DNA of 64,000 nt. Origin: Deinococcus sp. (GTDB taxonomy: Bacteria; Deinococcota; Deinococci; Deinococcales; Deinococcaceae). Shown here piece after piece: positions 9,668 through 19,623 of this stretch (the stretch's first letter is position 1; the number at the start of each line of letters is the position of its first letter). The notes under the pieces were generated by a model. It did not search any database, was not told where the DNA came from, and saw only the letters and a list, made by a program, of their open reading frames with translations. The position numbers and the translations under genes are program-made. The DNA lies in contig OZ253375.1 of assembly GCA_965261005.1 (NCBI GenBank), positions 192,001 to 256,000 of the forward strand. Direction: 5' to 3'.

Positions 9668-10980
9668 AGCTCCGCAACCGCTCGCGTTTGATGCTGGCCC
9701 TCAGCTTGCTGGCCTTTTTGCTGTTGGTGTTCGCCTACGCGCAGCTCGAACTGCGCTTGCCGCAGGCTTTTACCGCCAGCCCGGCTCCCACGCGCGGCAG
9801 CATTCTGGCGGCGAACGGCAACGTGCTTGCCAAGACGGTGGCGGGGCGCCGGGTCTACCCGCAGGGCGCGGTCGGCGGTCAATTGGTCGGCTTCGTGGGC
9901 ACCGACCGTGGCCTGGAGGGGGTCGAGGCCGAGTACCAAGACCAACTCGCGCGCGGCGAAAGCGTGACCCTCACGATAGACCCGAAGTTGCAGGCGGCGG
10001 CCGAGTCCATTTTGGCGCGCTGGGTCAAGGAGCGCCAAGGGGAATACGGCTCGGTGGTCGCCCTCGACGTGCACAGCGGGCGGGTGCTGGCGGCGGCCAG
10101 CTACCCCCCCTTCAACCCGAACGATTGGCGCCGCTACGGCCCGGCCAGCCGCCGCAACCGGCCGTTCCTCGACGTGTTCGAGCCGGGCAGCACCGTAAAG
10201 GGGCTGGTGGTGGCGGCGGCTCTCAACGAGGGCCTGACCACGCCGAACACCGCCTACGAGACCCCTATGCGCCGGCCCATCGGCCGCAACGTCATTCACG
10301 ACGCGGTGCAGCACCCGGGCACGCTCACCACCGCGCAGGTGCTGCGCTACTCCAGCAACGTCGGCATGAGCCACATTGTGGAGCGCTTCGAGCCGCAGCG
10401 CATGTACGGCTACCTGTCCGCCTACGGCTTCGGCCGGGCCGTCGAGCTGCCCACTGTGTACACCGAGACGGGGCAGCTTCAGCCGTGGCGGCGCTGGTCG
10501 GACATCGTGCGAGCCACCAACGCCTTCGGGCAGGGTATGTCCGGCACGCCGCTGCAACTGGCGGCGGCCTACAACACCGTCGCCAACGACGGCGTCTACG
10601 TCGCGCCCCAAGTGGTGGAGGGCGAGGCGGCCGGCCCCGCGCGCCGGGTGCTCGCCCCGCAATCGGCGCGGGCCGTACGCGCGATGCTGCGCGCGGCCAT
10701 CGACCAGCAGATTCCTCACGCCGCCGGCATTCCCGGCTACAGCCTCGCCGGCAAGACCGGCACGGCGCAGGTGGCGCAGCCGGGAGGCTACAGCAGCACC
10801 CTGTTTGACAGCGTGTTCGCCGGCTTTTTCCCAGCCGAGCGACCGCGCGTCACCCTCGCCGTGATGGTTCACGGCGCCCGCGAGGGCTACCACGGCTCCA
10901 TGCTGGCCGCCCCGATCTACCGCGACATCGCCGCCGAACTGTACGCGCAGTGGGCCTACCCGCCCGACGCGCGTGAGTAG
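9658..10980 (+). CDS. ftsI: Class B penicillin-binding protein (FtsI-like)
   Basis: N-terminal TM; EPGSTVK (SxxK), SSN and KTG motifs; dcw position. Confidence 0.88.
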   Translation: MEIKLRNRSRLMLALSLLAFLLLVFAYAQLELRLPQAFTASPAPTRGSILAANGNVLAKTVAGRRVYPQGAVGGQLVGFVGTDRGLEGVEAEYQDQLARGESVTLTIDPKLQAAAESILARWVKERQGEYGSVVALDVHSGRVLAAASYPPFNPNDWRRYGPASRRNRPFLDVFEPGSTVKGLVVAAALNEGLTTPNTAYETPMRRPIGRNVIHDAVQHPGTLTTAQVLRYSSNVGMSHIVERFEPQRMYGYLSAYGFGRAVELPTVYTETGQLQPWRRWSDIVRATNAFGQGMSGTPLQLAAAYNTVANDGVYVAPQVVEGEAAGPARRVLAPQSARAVRAMLRAAIDQQIPHAAGIPGYSLAGKTGTAQVAQPGGYSSTLFDSVFAGFFPAERPRVTLAVMVHGAREGYHGSMLAAPIYRDIAAELYAQWAYPPDARE

Positions 10981-11441
10981 TTCGTGTGAAGCTTCTCAGC
11001 AAACGGGCCGTTCCGCAGCGTCGCCGTCCTTTTTTAAGCGGGTTCCCGGCGTCGTGGGGCGCCAATCGGTCGTCAGGGGCGGTTGAAGCGGCCCTCGGCG
11101 GCTTGGAAGCGTCATTTCGGGCGGAAGACGGCGCCCTTAAGATGAGCCGCCCTATCCTCGGGTCAGCGCTCGTCTCATCTGAGGCTCGCGTCACGGCCGC
11201 ATTTCCCGAAGTTTTTGGTGATATTTTCGACATTTAAAAACGCCTCAGAGATGTGAATATTTGCGGTTTTTCTTAGAAATTGTCCATTTTGGGCGCCTAC
11301 CTTCAGGTTCGGTGGGCGCCCATTTGCATGGGGCGCGAACGAAAAAGCCAAAGACTGGCGGGTGTTGCCCGTCATGTTCGCGCGGGAAAGCGCTTTGTGC
11401 CGCGCGGCCAAGAAGTGCCTTTGGCGCTTTCGGGGAGTCAA

Positions 11442-12035
11442 ATGTTGAACAACACAACGGTGGGACGAATGCTCGGAGTGTACGGCGCCGCCGCGCTGTC
11501 GCTGGCTTCTGCGGCCCCAGTGCTGCCAAGCGCCGACCTCGCGTCGGCGGCGCTGCGTAGCGCGCTGAGCGTCGAGGCCGCGCCGGCCGTTCCGGTCGCC
11601 ATGATCGCTGCCAAGTCGGTCGCTGCCCGGCCGGACCCGGCCGCCGAGGCGCGCGCCAAGGGTGTGGCCGCCGCCCAAAAGACGCAGAAGGTGGCCGTGC
11701 GCGTGGGCGGCAAGTCGGCCGTCGTACGGGCGACCGCCTACAACAGCGCGCCGAACCAGACCGACAGCACCCCCTTTATCACCGCGACCGGCACGCGCAC
11801 CCACTTCGGGGTGGTGGCCCTCTCACGCGATCTTCTGGCCAAGTTTCCCTACGGGACCAAGCTGAAAATCGAGGACCTGAGCGGGCGCTACCAAAACTTG
11901 CTGGCCGGTCAAGTCTTTATCGTCGAGGACACCATGCACCCGCGCAAGCGCGGCACCGTGGACGTGTGGATGACCACGCGCGGCCAGGCGCTGAGCTGGG
12001 GGGCGCGCTCGGTGCGCATCACCGAACTGCGCTGA
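11442..12035 (+). CDS. Exported 3D-domain (lytic transglycosylase-like) protein
   Basis: Signal peptide; RATAYNS..QTDSTPFITATG, VALSRD, VEDTM..VDVW; GGGGAG RBS. Confidence 0.85.
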   Translation: MLNNTTVGRMLGVYGAAALSLASAAPVLPSADLASAALRSALSVEAAPAVPVAMIAAKSVAARPDPAAEARAKGVAAAQKTQKVAVRVGGKSAVVRATAYNSAPNQTDSTPFITATGTRTHFGVVALSRDLLAKFPYGTKLKIEDLSGRYQNLLAGQVFIVEDTMHPRKRGTVDVWMTTRGQALSWGARSVRITELR

Positions 12036-12103
12036 GGGGGTTTGGACTGATCTGGATGTGGGCCAATACGGCTTCCTCACCCCTGTGAACTATGCTGGCC
12101 GGC

Positions 12104-13294
12104 GTGACCGGCCTTTCCGACGCCCCCCTGCCCAAGCGCTCTCTGCCGCTGACCATCGCCCTCGCCCACCTGCGCCACCGCCGCACCCAGAACGTCATCA
12201 CCGTGCTGGGCGTGGCGGTCGGCGTGATGGTGCTGATCGCGGCGCTGTCCCTCACCAACGGCTTCAGCCGCGCCCTGGTTGACGCGACCCTGCGCGCCAC
12301 GCCCCAGCTGTCGCTGACCGCCTGGAAGCTGACGCCGAGAAACGTGGCGCTGGAAGGGCGTCTGAAGAACAGCCCGGAGGTGATCGCCTACGCCCCCTTT
12401 TTGCTTGATAAGGCGCTGCTGACCCGGCCGGCGGCGGGGGGGCGTGGCGCCGGTGTGGACTTCACGACCATCTTCGGCGTGACCTCGGCCGAGTCCGACG
12501 TGCTGGACTTGCCGGCGGAAGAGCGCGAGCTGCTGCGCAGCTTGCGGCCCGGCGAGGTGCTGCTCGGCAGCGCGCTGGCGCAGTCGGTGGGCGCCTTTAC
12601 CGGGGATCAGGTGCGCCTGCTCGATGCCGGCCAGCGCCGCGCCTCGCTGCGGGTGGCGGGGCTGTTTCACACCGGCAACTACCTGATCGACTCGGCCTAC
12701 GCCTTTGTCGGGCTGTCCACCCTGCAAAACTTGCAGGGCACCGACAGCGTCGCCGGCTACCACGTCAAGCTGCGCCGCCCGGAGCTTGCGCCCGAGGTGG
12801 GAGGGCAGCTCAGCGCCGGCCTCTCGCTCAGCCCGGTGCCGTGGCAGGACCTCAACCGCACCCTGCTCGACCAGCTCGCCCTGCAAAAGCGCGTCATCGG
12901 CATCGTGGTCTTTTTGATCGTGATCGTGGCGGCCTTTGGCATCGCCAACGTCCTCACGCTGACCGTCTTCGAGAAGACTTCCGAGATCGCTATTCTACGC
13001 GCGGTGGGCGCTACCCGGCGCGACATCCTGGCGACCTTCGTGCTGGAGGGGGCCGTGCTGGGCGCGGCGGGGCTGCTGCTGGGCAACCTGCTGGGCCTCG
13101 CCTTCAGCGCCTACTTTCAGTGGCGCCCTTTCACGCTGCCGGGGGACTTGTACTTTATCAGCGCCCTGCCGGTGGAATTGCGCGGCGGCGACTTCGTGTG
13201 GGTGAACGCCTTGGGGCTGGCGACCACCCTGCTGGCGGCTTTTCTGCCCGCGCGCCGCGCCGCCAACATCGAGCCGGCGCGGGTGATCCGCTGA
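12104..13294 (+). CDS. LolC/E-FtsX-type ABC transporter permease
   Basis: LGVAVGVMVLI, EKTSEIAILRAVGA, PARRAA; start chosen at the GTG 7 nt after TATGCT. Confidence 0.85.
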   Translation: MTGLSDAPLPKRSLPLTIALAHLRHRRTQNVITVLGVAVGVMVLIAALSLTNGFSRALVDATLRATPQLSLTAWKLTPRNVALEGRLKNSPEVIAYAPFLLDKALLTRPAAGGRGAGVDFTTIFGVTSAESDVLDLPAEERELLRSLRPGEVLLGSALAQSVGAFTGDQVRLLDAGQRRASLRVAGLFHTGNYLIDSAYAFVGLSTLQNLQGTDSVAGYHVKLRRPELAPEVGGQLSAGLSLSPVPWQDLNRTLLDQLALQKRVIGIVVFLIVIVAAFGIANVLTLTVFEKTSEIAILRAVGATRRDILATFVLEGAVLGAAGLLLGNLLGLAFSAYFQWRPFTLPGDLYFISALPVELRGGDFVWVNALGLATTLLAAFLPARRAANIEPARVIR

Positions 13295-13331
13295 AGTGGT
13301 AGCCTGAGCAAACGCTTGTTAGGGAGGCCGT

Positions 13332-14975
<1,644 letters not shown>

Positions 14976-14989
14976 AGGTATCTGATCCC

Positions 14990-15138
14990 CCTGATCACCC
15001 CTCAAAACAGAACCTGAGGGAAGCGAGGTACTTTCAGTCAAGCAATCTGGGAAGGTCGGCTCCGGGGTGTCTTCATTGCGGAATGACCCTGCCAGAGCCG
15101 GCTGTTCACCCTCAGCAGCGTTTTGAGGGGTGGTCGGG
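14990..15138 (+). other. Long imperfect inverted repeat / structured element
   Basis: 14990-15008 pairs with 15120-15138 (19 bp, two G-U); 15014-15020 pairs with 15109-15115; internal hairpins present. Confidence 0.6.
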
Positions 15139-15225
15139 TTGGCAGGACGCCGTGCTGGTCATACAGCCCGCAGCCCTGGCAGAAAGTTCTGTGGCGGCGA
15201 GATGTCTTGGGTTGATCGAGAGCGG

Positions 15226-15714
15226 TCATGGCTTCTCTTCGAGGGTGAAACGCAGCAGAGGGTCACCGTCGTAATTTTGGCTGTATTCACGGAAGCCGAG
15301 CGATTCGTAGAGGGTGCGGGCAGGCTGGTTTTGAGGATGGTGGGCAATGACGATTTCGCGGCAGTCCGGTCGAGCCTGAAGTTCGGCCATTGCCAAAAGC
15401 GTGGCCGCACGTCCGTAACCGCGCTGCTGGTCAGGCTCATGGATGACAGTGTGAATGACTTCATAGATGCCGGGAATCCGCTCGGTCAGGGCCTCATCGG
15501 CGTAATGCTGACCATACGCGATGAAACCCACGGGTTCGGCTTTACCTGGAGCAAAGATTAGTCGGGCCTCCACGTCCGGCAGGCGGCGGCTGTTGTCCAG
15601 CCAATACGAGTTGTAATGCACCCAATACTGCTCCTCGTTGCCCGCGAAAACCTGGTTGACCCAGTGTTCGTCGGCCTCCGAAACCGGTTGAAGACGCACC
15701 ACAGGCTCGCTCAT
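15226..15714 (-). CDS. GNAT family acetyltransferase
   Basis: QQRGYGRAA acetyl-CoA motif; NQPARTLYESLGF; AGGAG RBS. Confidence 0.85.
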   Translation of the reverse strand: MSEPVVRLQPVSEADEHWVNQVFAGNEEQYWVHYNSYWLDNSRRLPDVEARLIFAPGKAEPVGFIAYGQHYADEALTERIPGIYEVIHTVIHEPDQQRGYGRAATLLAMAELQARPDCREIVIAHHPQNQPARTLYESLGFREYSQNYDGDPLLRFTLEEKP

Positions 15715-16027
15715 TCTCTCCTGACCTCCCCCACCGGCTGCGGCTTCTGCGCCATCACGTCCGGTGGGATGGACGTACGGGGCGGTGGTCTTGTGGCTCG
15801 CTGTAGCCCTCGAAGTCGCGCAGAATCAGCTTGTCTTGGCCGTATATCAGGACGCCATGAGGCGACACCGAAATTTTGCCGCCGGGATCGCCCACGCTGC
15901 GGCTGCGGGTGCGGCAGGAGGTGTATTGGGTCGTGGATCCGCATTCGCGTCCGATTCTAGCTCACGGCCTCGGTATTCGCGTCCCGCCTGTTCCAAAACT
16001 TTGTATGCTCGCTAAGGGAGTAACAGC

Positions 16028-16774
16028 GTGATGGACAAACCCGCCCACCTTGAACCTTGGATGCCCAGCGCCGCGCGCTTCGCCTGGACGCCGGAGGAGC
16101 TGGCGTATTGGCGAGAGGCCGGCAAGGTGGTCAGCCTGGAAAGCGGACTGGACCGTTGGTTACCGGCGGCGACGAGCACGCTCTCTGCTGCCGCCACAGC
16201 TCGCATAACGGCTGAGATATACGCCGAGGCACGCCGAAAGATGGCCGCGCTGACCCAATCGGGCGTCGAGGCGAACGAGGCCGCGTCTACGGTGATGCAA
16301 GAATTGGGCGACCCGAAAGTTGCGCTTTTGCACTATAAAAAACAGTATTTAACCGTAAAAGAAGCAAAGCGGTTTGAAACCGATTCTGAACAGCACGGGA
16401 AAAACTTGTATTGGCTCACACTCGTTTTGCTAGGAATTTTTGTTGCAACTCTGTTTCTCAATGGGCCACTCTTGTTTTTCGCCTTCTTATTTTTGAACGC
16501 AATTAGAATTAATGCCATGAATTTATATCGTGATCGGCTACTTAAAAGATTGAGCCTTTTGGACACGCTGGCTAAATTCTGGACTTTCGATAGTTTATCT
16601 TATTGGTTCTGTATATTCGCATTTGTTTCATACATATCAATAAAATCTGACGCTTCAAATCCATCCTCCTTCGTGTTTTCTATTCCCCTTTCGGTAATAA
16701 TTTCCTGCGCATTGTATTTTGATTATTCGAACAAGAAAAACATTTTAAAAAAACTCCGCAACAAAGCCGTCTAA
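16028..16774 (+). CDS. Membrane protein with soluble N-terminal LGDP-type domain and AT-rich multi-TM C-terminus
   Basis: EAASTVMQELGDP motif followed by about four hydrophobic segments; GGAG RBS. Confidence 0.7.
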   Translation: MMDKPAHLEPWMPSAARFAWTPEELAYWREAGKVVSLESGLDRWLPAATSTLSAAATARITAEIYAEARRKMAALTQSGVEANEAASTVMQELGDPKVALLHYKKQYLTVKEAKRFETDSEQHGKNLYWLTLVLLGIFVATLFLNGPLLFFAFLFLNAIRINAMNLYRDRLLKRLSLLDTLAKFWTFDSLSYWFCIFAFVSYISIKSDASNPSSFVFSIPLSVIISCALYFDYSNKKNILKKLRNKAV

Positions 16775-17295
16775 CTTCCGCCCGGTACCTCGAACCCGAA
16801 CAGGTGCGCCCACTTGCGCGGCTGAACGCCCCACCGCAGCAGCAGGTAGACAAAGGCGAGCGCGACCACCACGGCGATGGCGACCACGAAGGTGCTCAGG
16901 GCGGAGGCTTCCTGCGGCTTGTAAGAAAAGACCAGGCTGGTCGAGATGGCCGGCGGGTGGACCAGCCGCAGGAAGCTGAGCAGCGGCACGCAGATGGCCA
17001 GCGCCACCGCCGCCGAGGCGTAGGGGGGCGGCAGCACCAAGCTCGCCGCGTAGCCGACCGACATGGCGATTAGGTGCGAAAAGACCAGCGGCTTGAAGCG
17101 GTTGACCTCGTTGAGCGGCTGCCAATACAGCAAAAAGACGCTGGAGGCCAGGGACGTGACCAGCACCGGCTGGTGCCGCACGCCCTGCACCACGAAAATA
17201 ACGGCCAGCACCGTCAGCACGGTCGCCACGCTGACCACGGTCAGCTGCTGGTGCGTGCCGGGCGCCCCCGCTTGGCCTTGGTTGCCCAGCCTCAT
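16771..17295 (-). CDS. HPP family membrane protein
   Basis: SLASSVFLLY and RLVHPPA motifs; ATGA overlap with the upstream ORF. Confidence 0.8.
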   Translation of the reverse strand: MRLGNQGQAGAPGTHQQLTVVSVATVLTVLAVIFVVQGVRHQPVLVTSLASSVFLLYWQPLNEVNRFKPLVFSHLIAMSVGYAASLVLPPPYASAAVALAICVPLLSFLRLVHPPAISTSLVFSYKPQEASALSTFVVAIAVVVALAFVYLLLRWGVQPRKWAHLFGFEVPGGS

Positions 17296-17492
17296 TCCGC
17301 CCGAAGTTCCTCTATTCGCAGCGCGTAGCCGGGCGCCAAGCCGTCCCAATACCCTTCGCGCACGGTCCAGTACACGTCGCCGCGCACTTGCTGTTCGGCG
17401 TACGTCTTGGCGTCCTCCAAACTGTCAAAGTCGCGCTGAAAATGTTCTACGGCGGCATTGTCCTGCTCCTCGATGGTCAGGCGGTAGTTCAT
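17292..17492 (-). CDS. Small hypothetical protein (66 aa)
   Basis: Typical codon usage; translationally coupled to the HPP gene. Confidence 0.6.
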   Translation of the reverse strand: MNYRLTIEEQDNAAVEHFQRDFDSLEDAKTYAEQQVRGDVYWTVREGYWDGLAPGYALRIEELRAE

Positions 17493-17538
17493 GCGGGCAT
17501 GATGGCCGCTGCGAACCCGGCACGGGTGTGAGGTGGCC

Positions 17539-18096
17539 TTAAGCTTCTTGTCTCAGCCCCGCCACCAGAGCCTTCAGCCCGCGCTCGAAGCCCCCTCTCG
17601 GCCCGCTCAGCCCGAACGCCCCGCCGCGCTCCAGGCTGACAAAGCCGTGCAAAAAGGACCACAGCGCGACCGCGCCGGCCGTGTCGTCGGGGTCGCCCGT
17701 GATTCCGCCGACCAGGCTCAGCACCAGGTTCCACAAGTCCTTGCCCGCGCCGGGCTGGGCGACGGCGGGAGGACGCGGCGCGTGAAGCAGGGCGTAGAGC
17801 TTGGGATGCTCGCGGGCGTAAGCGAGGTAAGCGTGGGCGGCGCTGTGCAGGGCGTCCGCGCCTTGTTGCCTGGCGCTGGCGCCCCGCATGGCGGCGTGAA
17901 GCTGCGCGGCCGTGTCATCCTCCAGGGCGGCCTCAAGCGCCGTTTTGTCGGGATAGTGGCGGTAGAGACTCGACGCCCGCAAACCGAGCTGCCCCGCCAG
18001 CGAGCGCATGCTCAGCCCTTCGGGGCCGCCCCCTTCGAGCAAGGTGCGGGCAGCCTCCAGAATGGCGTCCGGCGAGGTCTTGGCGGGGTAGGGCAT
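17539..18096 (-). CDS. TetR/AcrR regulator with WHG-type C-terminus
   Basis: ILEAARTLLE..LSMRSLAGQLG..SLYRHYPDK; WSFLHG. Confidence 0.9.
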   Translation of the reverse strand: MPYPAKTSPDAILEAARTLLEGGGPEGLSMRSLAGQLGLRASSLYRHYPDKTALEAALEDDTAAQLHAAMRGASARQQGADALHSAAHAYLAYAREHPKLYALLHAPRPPAVAQPGAGKDLWNLVLSLVGGITGDPDDTAGAVALWSFLHGFVSLERGGAFGLSGPRGGFERGLKALVAGLRQEA

Positions 18097-18099
18097 CTG

Positions 18100-18170
18100 C
18101 GAACAGTGTACGTCTTGACGAAAGGAAAAGTAAGGTGTACGCTGTTCGTGTTGAAGACGAACAGCATTCG
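18100..18170. promoter_or_regulatory. Three TetR operator copies (CGAACAGYRTWCR) overlapping a TTGACG-N17-TACGCT promoter
   Basis: Copies at 18100-18112, 18136-18148 (reverse) and 18158-18170; -35 at 18115, -10 at 18138. Confidence 0.7.
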
Positions 18171-18188
18171 TCTTAGAAGGAGTTTGGC

Positions 18189-18920
18189 ATGAACGTTCGG
18201 CAGCACGGTCCCAATCTCTTTCAAATTGAGCGCCGCTTCCCGTTTTCTATCAACGCTTACCTGGTCCGCGAAGAGGACGGCCTGACCCTGATTGATACCG
18301 GCATCGGCGGCACGGCGCCCGCCATTCTCGGTGCGGCCCGCCAACTCGGCCAACCCATCAAGCGTATTGCGCTCACGCACACGCACGGCGACCACGTCGG
18401 CTCGCTGGACGCCCTGCGCGCGGCCTTGCCGAACGCTGAAATCTCGATCTCGGCGCGCGACGCGCGCTTGCTCGCGGGAGACAGGAGTCTCGATGAGGGC
18501 GAGCCGGCCGACAAGCTGCGCGGCGGCTTTGTCGAGGTTGAGACTCAACCGGACCGTTTGCTGGTGGACGGCGACCACGTCGGCTCGTTGCTGGTGGTCG
18601 CTTCTCCCGGTCACACGCCCGGCCACGTCGCCTTTTTCGACGAACGCGGCGGCGACTTGATCGCCGGGGACGCTTTCGTGACGGCGGGCGGCCCCCACGT
18701 CGCGGGGATGCTGCGCCCCCTCTTCCCGATCTCGCCCTTCGCCACCTACCACCGCCCGCTCGCCCTGGAGAGCGCCCGCAAACTGCGCGACCTGAGGCCA
18801 GCCCGCCTCGCCGTCGGACACGGCCCGGTGCTCGCGGAGCTGGTACGGGCGATGGACGGGGCGATTCGGGAGGCCGAGCGGTCGTTGTTGCGAGCAGGAC
18901 CTGGGGCCGTCTTGCGGTGA
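18189..18920 (+). CDS. Metallo-beta-lactamase fold hydrolase
   Basis: LIDTG, THTHGDHVG (HxHxDH), PGHTPGH, AGDA, VGHG. Confidence 0.9.
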   Translation: MNVRQHGPNLFQIERRFPFSINAYLVREEDGLTLIDTGIGGTAPAILGAARQLGQPIKRIALTHTHGDHVGSLDALRAALPNAEISISARDARLLAGDRSLDEGEPADKLRGGFVEVETQPDRLLVDGDHVGSLLVVASPGHTPGHVAFFDERGGDLIAGDAFVTAGGPHVAGMLRPLFPISPFATYHRPLALESARKLRDLRPARLAVGHGPVLAELVRAMDGAIREAERSLLRAGPGAVLR

Positions 18921-19003
18921 TTGCTCTTAGCGAGGGGTGGACACATCGGCCAGGCGCTTCGCCCCTTGAATGTTCCGCGCTAAAATCAACCAAAGGAGGC
19001 GTC

Positions 19004-19204
19004 GTGACCCAACCCAAGCTCGTGAAAATCATTCGGCAGACGACCCGCGAAGAGGCCGAGCGCGAGGACCGCCTCTACGAGTGGTCGCTGACCCCGCGTG
19101 AGCGGCTGCGGAATTTGGAGTGGTTGCGGCGCATGACTTACCCGAATGGAATTCCCCCCAGACTTCAAAGCGTTTCTGAGCTGCTTAAACCGCCACGCGG
19201 TTGA
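19004..19204 (+). CDS. Small protein paired with a nucleotidyltransferase (putative antitoxin/partner)
   Basis: AAGGAGG RBS then GTG; DRLYEWSLTPRERLRNLEWLRR; overlaps the next gene. Confidence 0.6.
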   Translation: MTQPKLVKIIRQTTREEAEREDRLYEWSLTPRERLRNLEWLRRMTYPNGIPPRLQSVSELLKPPRG

Positions 19205-19583
19205 GTACGTGTTGGTGGGCGGTTATGCTGTCGCGGCCCACGGCTACACGCGCAACACCGGCGACATGGACATTTTCTATGGTCCGGGCTTGGACAACGC
19301 CCGGCGTCTTGAGGACGCCCTCGCCGAGTTTGGCTTCGCCGTGGAGGCGGCCAGCCTCGCCGCCGACAATGTGTTGTTCCGCATGGGCGTCAAGCCCGTG
19401 ATGATCGAGCTGATGAACAACCTCAGCGGCGTTACTTTTGGGGAAGTGTACACGCATCGGGACAATCTTGAACTGGACGATCTGGACGTGCCCATGATTG
19501 ACCTAACCCGTCTGCGTATCAACAAAGCCGCCTCGGGACGATCAAAAGACGCGGTGGACCTTCAGAACCTTCCCGAATCCTGA
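19146..19583 (+). CDS. Nucleotidyltransferase (AbiEii/DUF6036-like)
   Basis: YVLVGGYAV..HG..RNTGDMDI and C-terminal NKAASGRSKD..DL motifs. Confidence 0.8.
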   Translation: MEFPPDFKAFLSCLNRHAVEYVLVGGYAVAAHGYTRNTGDMDIFYGPGLDNARRLEDALAEFGFAVEAASLAADNVLFRMGVKPVMIELMNNLSGVTFGEVYTHRDNLELDDLDVPMIDLTRLRINKAASGRSKDAVDLQNLPES

Positions 19584-19623
19584 TTGCAAGAAGGTCGTGC
19601 CCGCCCCGCGCTACACTCTCCCC

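Noticed and set aside
10986..11441. Known riboswitch (ydaO/c-di-AMP or c-di-GMP-I/II) before the 3D-domain gene
   Set aside because: The conserved cores of those families were not found by eye; kept only as an unclassified structured leader.
15038..15229. 63-aa minus ORF coupled to the GNAT stop
   Set aside because: Runs through the inverted-repeat element and has no recognisable family signature.
15711..16015. 77-aa minus and 83-aa plus ORFs upstream of the GNAT gene
   Set aside because: No recognisable motif; possibly a decayed gene, but I cannot support either frame.
14976..19583. Integron cassette array or IS-bounded island
   Set aside because: No integrase or transposase, genes are in mixed orientation, and there are no repeated attC-like sites.
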